From Actinomycetes bacterium (lineage in GTDB: Bacteria; Auribacterota; JAJCYG01), in assembly GCA_029263055.1 (NCBI GenBank), contig JAJCYG010000065.1, forward strand, positions 11,458 to 75,457: 64,000 bases of DNA. The letters are read 5' to 3'. This document shows, in pieces, positions 58,655-64,000 of this stretch. Made by a program: the position numbers and the translations under genes. Position 1 is the stretch's first letter; every line of letters starts with the position of its first letter. Below the pieces are notes generated by a model that saw nothing but the letters and a program-made list of their open reading frames with translations, was not told where the DNA came from and did no database searches.

Positions 58655-61651
58655 GCTGGTAATCAATCCAATAAGTGTTAGTAGCCAGAAGAGGTCAAAC
58701 CACTTTTGCGGCGTGAAGTCGAGCAAGACCGTAAAGCTTCCTGTCTGATCAATGTAATAACCGTTTGCAAATCCATTTGCCTTACCGTGAATATTAAAAT
58801 AATGATTTTCCCCATCTATGATTGTTGAAGCTTTCCAATAAGGGTGGTAAGACTCGGAAAAGATAAGCACAAATGGTTTTTCTGTTTTGACTTTAATTTG
58901 ATGTTGAGTTGAAGAAATCATTTCGTGGCTTAAATCGGTCTTTTCTTCTTTAGTTGAAAATGAAGCTTTAGCTGTTCGGCTCAATTCGATAAAGTAGTTA
59001 TCTTTTCCTGATTGTTCTACGAGTAATTGTTTGTTTTTATCGTTAAGATTAAGTGTTGCTTTAAAGTGGTCTACCTTTGAGTTGTTTGCCTTCTTAAGAG
59101 ATATTTTATTCTGATCTAACCATGCAAAAGGTGAGGCGCTTCCTTGTGGGGGATAGATTTTAAGTTGCACACTCTCTTTTTTAGGTTGTTCTAGTGGGAC
59201 TTTAAAAGAGATTGTGCCGTATTTAAATGAGTTTTTGTTTAATCCAAAGCTTGTCCCGAAACCTCCCCATCCAGAATGTTGAAATGGAGAATAAAAATGG
59301 ATTTTATTTTTACCTGGTTTTAACTCAATTTTTTTAACAAGAAGAGAGGTTATTTGATCCGCTTTTAGTTGAACAATTCTAAGGTTTTTTCCATCTTGTT
59401 GAACGTAAAATGAACGATCATTTTCTAGACTAAACACATCAAAAGAAAAGTTAATAAAGATTGTTTCTTGGGTGGGATTATTAAAGTAGATGCCATCTGT
59501 ATTCCCATCCCACCAGGTCCAGGTAATGTTGTCTTCGATTTTTAAAGGAACATGGTTTAAAAACTGGATGTCCATTTTGATTTTTTGGTGTAGTTTTTTG
59601 TTATTAGGGCTTTCTTCAATAATCACAGCTTCCAGATTTTCGCTGTTTACGACAAGGCGGTTGTCATGCGAAAAAACAGAATCGATTTTTGTGGCTTCAG
59701 CAAGTTTAAAACTAGAATCAGGGTTTAAGAAGAGTGCCTCATGTTCTTGGGGATGATTTTGAAAGGTCCACCAAGTGAATAAGGAAGTGTCTCCATTTAA
59801 GAGCAATGTATTTTTAGGGGAGGCAGCATAAATAAATGGAGTGATGCTACTTGTTTCATAAAATTGCCATTCACCAAATAACTGGCTTTGCTTGATCCCT
59901 TTTTGTTTATTTAGTTTGCTTTCAATAAATTTAGGATCATCTCCCAAAACATAGCCAAGCCCCTTGTAGAAGTCATACCGAATATCTTTTTCATGTAAAA
60001 GGTACTTGATTTGAAATAAGCTTAAAAGCTCTTCAGCGTAAGGAGTGGTTTCATTATAAATTTGATAGCGTATGGCTTCTAACAGTTCCTTGCCTTGGTT
60101 AATCGGGCCTTGTGCTGTGAGTGTGTAGTGGTGATGGTGAGGGAATGCCAAATTCTTAGAAGAAAACTCATTTGAAAAAGAACCATAGTTTGTCCCCCCC
60201 CAATTATAAATATAGGGGTTGTCACCAGGCAGAGTGAAGTAACGAAAAAAGCCTGGCTGATCATCTAGCCACTTTGATGCTTTAAAGACATAGTCAGGGA
60301 TTTCAAACCGATTTGGAGAAAGAAACTTTCGAGTCTCTTTAGCATGAAAAAACTTTCCTGTTGTGATTGGAAAGGCATAAACCAAATTGCTTAAACAAAG
60401 GAGAGTGATTAAAGTAATGCCGATTGCTTTTCTCTTAGACGTTATTTTATAAATTAAATGACACGCTGCGCCAAACAATACTGCGTAACCTAGGCAGACC
60501 CAGAAATAAAATTTTAAATAAGGACTTCTGAAGATCCAAAACAGAGGCATATTTTCAGTTAACCAAATATAGAGAGAACCAAATGGAGCATGGGCACCCA
60601 TTGAAAGAAAAATACCGGTGAGGGTTAAAAAGATAAATGTTTTCCGAAATGAGATTGATTTGTTCCAGCAACCGATTAAAGCCATTAAAGGGACTATCCA
60701 GCTCAGGCAGTAGAGAAATGTTTTAGGGGCATAAGAAGATGAGTAAGAACGATACGGATCCACACATCCTTGATACCAAGTCCAATCACCTAAGGTGCGA
60801 ATCACATTTGAGAAACTAGTATAAATACTCATTCCTTTTAACCAGCCGATTAGTTCTGCTGGAGTTGCGATTTCACCCCCCATTTTTAAAATTGCATTTC
60901 TATAGATTGCCATGGCTTGAGGAAAGAGCCAGTAGATATTGGCACAAAGCCAAATGCAAAGAAGCGCCAAGGTTTTAAATGTTAAAAGTTTAAACAGACC
61001 AAAGTTTTTCCATGCTTTGCCGCGAATAAAAAAGGAGATAAAGACAATAATGATTGGAGCAACCGACGCGCCAAATTCAGAAGGATTATTTCCCATCCCT
61101 GAAGCGAAAAAAGAGACTAAGAAATAAAGGGCCGCTCCAAGAGAAAACTTAATTTCACCTCGAAAGATTTGAATGCTGAGTGCGAGTAAAATAGGAACCA
61201 GTGCATAGGCTGTGATAAGTGGGGGCTTAAACCCAATCCAAACATTTTCAAGCCAGAGGTTAAAAAGGTAAAAGCTCAGTCCGCCTAAGCGAAAGATGAG
61301 AGAGCCGGGTCCTTTGTAAAGCGTGCGTAGCAAATAAATAATCCCAAAACCAGCCAAGGTGTACCAAAAGACAAACATGATTTTTTGAGTGGAGAGAAGT
61401 GAGAGTCCCCATTCTTGCAATAAGGCAGGTAAAAGCATCATGGGCATCAAGCAGTTATCAAAAATCAGTTCGCTTCCAGTGTTCCATCCATGATGCCAAA
61501 CTGAGAAGAGGGCCTTCCATTTGTCTAAGGTATAAGGCAAGCGGACATCTTCTGCTTTTAAAATCTCATTTCCCTCAAACCACAATAGGGGAACAAGTCC
61601 GCAAAGCAAGACAACTAAGAAGTCAATATTTCGAATAAAACGGTTCTTCAT
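58607..61651 (-). CDS. AftD/DUF3367-like GT-C family membrane protein (paralog 3 of 3), on the opposite strand
   Basis: Same architecture. Its 3' end overlaps the 3' end of 55070-58654 by 48 nt, so both C-terminal TM anchors are encoded in the same DNA. Confidence 0.5.
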   Translation of the reverse strand: MKNRFIRNIDFLVVLLCGLVPLLWFEGNEILKAEDVRLPYTLDKWKALFSVWHHGWNTGSELIFDNCLMPMMLLPALLQEWGLSLLSTQKIMFVFWYTLAGFGIIYLLRTLYKGPGSLIFRLGGLSFYLFNLWLENVWIGFKPPLITAYALVPILLALSIQIFRGEIKFSLGAALYFLVSFFASGMGNNPSEFGASVAPIIIVFISFFIRGKAWKNFGLFKLLTFKTLALLCIWLCANIYWLFPQAMAIYRNAILKMGGEIATPAELIGWLKGMSIYTSFSNVIRTLGDWTWYQGCVDPYRSYSSSYAPKTFLYCLSWIVPLMALIGCWNKSISFRKTFIFLTLTGIFLSMGAHAPFGSLYIWLTENMPLFWIFRSPYLKFYFWVCLGYAVLFGAACHLIYKITSKRKAIGITLITLLCLSNLVYAFPITTGKFFHAKETRKFLSPNRFEIPDYVFKASKWLDDQPGFFRYFTLPGDNPYIYNWGGTNYGSFSNEFSSKNLAFPHHHHYTLTAQGPINQGKELLEAIRYQIYNETTPYAEELLSLFQIKYLLHEKDIRYDFYKGLGYVLGDDPKFIESKLNKQKGIKQSQLFGEWQFYETSSITPFIYAASPKNTLLLNGDTSLFTWWTFQNHPQEHEALFLNPDSSFKLAEATKIDSVFSHDNRLVVNSENLEAVIIEESPNNKKLHQKIKMDIQFLNHVPLKIEDNITWTWWDGNTDGIYFNNPTQETIFINFSFDVFSLENDRSFYVQQDGKNLRIVQLKADQITSLLVKKIELKPGKNKIHFYSPFQHSGWGGFGTSFGLNKNSFKYGTISFKVPLEQPKKESVQLKIYPPQGSASPFAWLDQNKISLKKANNSKVDHFKATLNLNDKNKQLLVEQSGKDNYFIELSRTAKASFSTKEEKTDLSHEMISSTQHQIKVKTEKPFVLIFSESYHPYWKASTIIDGENHYFNIHGKANGFANGYYIDQTGSFTVLLDFTPQKWFDLFWLLTLIGLITSLLSVLFSTIVAFKKQ

Positions 61652-61867
61652 ATATATTTTTCAGAGTAATAATTGTGGATTAGGTCTTTGTTGCACATAG
61701 GGTCAGAGCCTTTGAACTTCTTCTACAAATGGCATATTCACTGTAACACGTTGAGTTTGGTAAAGATATCAAATAGCGTGTCAAAAAAGTAGCTAAATCA
61801 ATCCATTGACGGAGAGCCTGTTTTTTGGAAGACTATTAGGTCAAATCATTCATTTTAGAGGATTTAA

Positions 61868-63532
61868 ATGTATATATTAGGAATTACAGCCCCAATTTCA
61901 TGGAACAATGCCGCAGCTCTGATTCAAGATGGTAATGTCATCGCTGCTGCTGAAGAAGAGCGATTTAACCGGGTTAAGCATGCGCCTCGGACACCTCCGA
62001 TTGAAGCGATTAAATTTTGCCTCGACTTTGCCAAAATTGATCTTTCTCAAGTTGATACGATTGCTGTTGGGTTTAAAAGTCCTTTAGCCTATCTTCCTAT
62101 TTCACAATGGACAGAACTTCGTCGAGGATCGGTTCCTAATGCGATTGCTCAATTTGGAGCTGTTGCAGAATATGCGATTTTACTTCAAAAATTAAAGCGT
62201 CAGTTGGCCCAAATTTATGGTGAAATTCCTCCTACATTAAAGTGGGAATTTATTCCTCATCATATTGCACATGCAGCTAGTGCTTATTATGTTTCTGGTT
62301 TTGATAAAGCCAACATTATTAGTTTGGATGGAAATGGAGAGGATGATTGCGGTTTGTTAGCTTATGGTCAACCTTCAGGAATTGATCCGATTCATAAACT
62401 TTCATTGTCTGATTCGATTGGCGAGTTATTTGGAACGTGTACTGATATTTTGGGTTTTCGCAAACATAGTGATGAAGGCAAGACAATGGGATTGGCTGCG
62501 TTTGGAAGTCCTCAATATTTAAAAGATGTGGTTAACTTTAAGAATGGTGCGTTTACTTTAAAGAAGGGGTATGCAAACGAGTTGTGGAAGGAGTTTGGTC
62601 CGCGTCGTCCTCAAGAAGAAGCATTGAATGAGCGCCATAAAGATTTAGCGGCTTCTGTTCAGAGTGTGACAGAGCAAGTGGGGGTTCATTTAGCTCAAGG
62701 TTTAAAGAACAAAACAAAATCAGCTAACTTTTGTTTGGCAGGTGGGGTTGCTTTAAACTGTGATATGAATGCTCAGATTTTATTAAAAGGTGTGGCTGAA
62801 AATATTTTTGTTCAACCGGCTGCTCATGATGCAGGAACAGCTTTAGGCGCTGCTTATGAAGTGTATGTGCGTCGTGGAGGTCGTTCTAATTTTGTGATGG
62901 ACCATGCTTCTTGGGGGCCTGAGTATACTAATGAAGAGATTGAGCATGTTTTGCGTGAATCTAAATTAGAATACACGCATCATAGAAATATTGAAGAAGT
63001 GGCTGCTGAGAGTTTGAAAAATGCCAAGATTTTAGGTTGGTTTCAAGGGCGTATGGAATGGGGGCCACGTGCATTAGGGAACCGTTCTATTTTAGCCAAT
63101 CCGGCGATTCCTCAAATGAAAGAAAAAGTAAACCGCGAAGTCAAACACCGAGAGAACTGGCGTCCGTTTGCACCTGCGATTTTAGCTGAAGAAGTGAAGA
63201 ATTATGCGGATGGGGCTTACCCTTCTCCTTTTATGTTGCTCTTCTTTCATGTTTTTAAAGAGAAGCAAAAAGATTTAGCTGCTGGGATCCATATTGATGG
63301 AACAGCACGTGTGCAATCTGTAACTGAAAAAGCAAATCCTACTTTTTATCGTCTGCTTCAAGAAATGCAGAAGAAGACAGGGGTCCCTTCAGTAGTGAAT
63401 ACTTCTTTTAATGATCGTGGAGAACCGATTGTGATGAGTCCGCGGCATGCGGTGCGCACATTTTTTGCGACCGGGCTGGATGAACTCTTTATTGGTAATT
63501 ACCGCATTGTTAAACCTGCAAGTGCTAAGTAA
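61868..63532 (+). CDS. Carbamoyltransferase (NodU/CmcH family)
   Basis: MYILGI...NAAAALIQDG...AAEEERFNRVKH matches the carbamoyltransferase N-terminal Kae1-like domain, and the ~550 aa length fits. Confidence 0.75.
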   Translation: MYILGITAPISWNNAAALIQDGNVIAAAEEERFNRVKHAPRTPPIEAIKFCLDFAKIDLSQVDTIAVGFKSPLAYLPISQWTELRRGSVPNAIAQFGAVAEYAILLQKLKRQLAQIYGEIPPTLKWEFIPHHIAHAASAYYVSGFDKANIISLDGNGEDDCGLLAYGQPSGIDPIHKLSLSDSIGELFGTCTDILGFRKHSDEGKTMGLAAFGSPQYLKDVVNFKNGAFTLKKGYANELWKEFGPRRPQEEALNERHKDLAASVQSVTEQVGVHLAQGLKNKTKSANFCLAGGVALNCDMNAQILLKGVAENIFVQPAAHDAGTALGAAYEVYVRRGGRSNFVMDHASWGPEYTNEEIEHVLRESKLEYTHHRNIEEVAAESLKNAKILGWFQGRMEWGPRALGNRSILANPAIPQMKEKVNREVKHRENWRPFAPAILAEEVKNYADGAYPSPFMLLFFHVFKEKQKDLAAGIHIDGTARVQSVTEKANPTFYRLLQEMQKKTGVPSVVNTSFNDRGEPIVMSPRHAVRTFFATGLDELFIGNYRIVKPASAK

Positions 63533-64000
63533 TGGGAGCGTCTGTTCCTGAATATTTTTTTGGAACAACTGATCCTGCTTTAAATCAAGCAATTTATTCT
63601 TCGTCTGCAAATGAAATCGAATCACTCTGTTCTAAGTATTTAAATAAACCTTTTAATGAATGTCGTTTGATTGATGTTGGTTCAGGCAATGGAGGCGTGG
63701 CAGAGCAGCTTGCAAAAAAAGCAGCTTCTGTTTGTGGATTGGAAGTGGTTCCAGCCCTTCACCAGCATGCGATTCAACGATTAAAAAAAGAGCCGCGAGC
63801 AAACTTAAATTTTACTTTAGGTAGTGTCTATGACATGCCTTATAAAGAAGAATTTGATTTGGCTGTTTTTTTAACGGCAATTGAACATATTAAAGAGCAT
63901 CATCTTGCCATTGAAAAGATTCTTCAATCACTCAAGCCTGGGGGGCTTTTATATTTAACCGCTCCAAATAAATTATGGCCAATTGAACAGCATTACAATC
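63532..64000 (+). CDS. Class I SAM-dependent methyltransferase, 3'-truncated by the window end
   Basis: An open frame runs from the ATG at 63532 (it overlaps the upstream stop as TAATG) to the window end. Motif I is IDVGSGNGGVAEQLA. This ORF is not in the supplied track because no stop occurs within the window. Confidence 0.5.
   Translation, partial: MGASVPEYFFGTTDPALNQAIYSSSANEIESLCSKYLNKPFNECRLIDVGSGNGGVAEQLAKKAASVCGLEVVPALHQHAIQRLKKEPRANLNFTLGSVYDMPYKEEFDLAVFLTAIEHIKEHHLAIEKILQSLKPGGLLYLTAPNKLWPIEQHYN

Noticed and set aside
1-64000. CRISPR arrays, rRNA and tRNA genes
   Set aside because: No runs of evenly spaced direct repeats and no tRNA-like or rRNA-like conserved blocks were seen. Intergenic regions are short and mostly accounted for by promoters and terminators.

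Overview
The gene order rpmE-prfA-prmC-(murA)-ffh-rpsP-trmD-rplS-rnhB and the lysine-rich tails on ribosomal proteins suggest a Chlamydiae-type (environmental chlamydia-like) genome at roughly 40% GC, but that assignment rests on recollection only. The first ~21 kb are housekeeping genes, all on the + strand: a Ctp C-terminus, YibQ-like, tsaD, pilT, an AKR/Cld-like fusion, BolA, coaE, rho, rpmE, prfA, prmC, murA, ffh, rpsP, trmD, rplS, rnhB, nadA, a cysteine desulfurase and a large TPR lipoprotein. From ~24.7 kb to the end of the window is one contiguous ~39 kb surface-glycan locus. It holds ABC-2 Wzm/Wzt-like exporter components and three GT4 enzymes, followed by RmlD-like and two DegT/ArnB-like aminotransferases. 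It also carries a Wzx-like flippase, two GT2 enzymes, several GT-C-type polytopic enzymes (one fused to discoidin domains) and a B12-binding radical-SAM protein. Further on come a UbiA-family decaprenyl-phosphate phosphoribosyltransferase homologue, an ArnA-C/UXS-like SDR, an AsnB amidotransferase, SAM methyltransferases and a carbamoyltransferase. Embedded in it are three paralogous ~1000-1250 aa AftD/DUF3367-like membrane proteins. The most unusual structural feature is a pair of ~215-230 bp GC-rich elements in inverted orientation, each closed by a long terminal stem. They flank an AT-rich orphan ORF between nadA and the cysteine desulfurase. Other notable items are a 21-bp palindrome carrying two perfect DnaA-box 9-mers over the promoter of the AKR/Cld-like gene, and a short GC-rich motif recurring three times. 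There is also a 19-bp perfect inverted repeat between rho and rpmE. No rRNA, tRNA or CRISPR arrays were recognisable.
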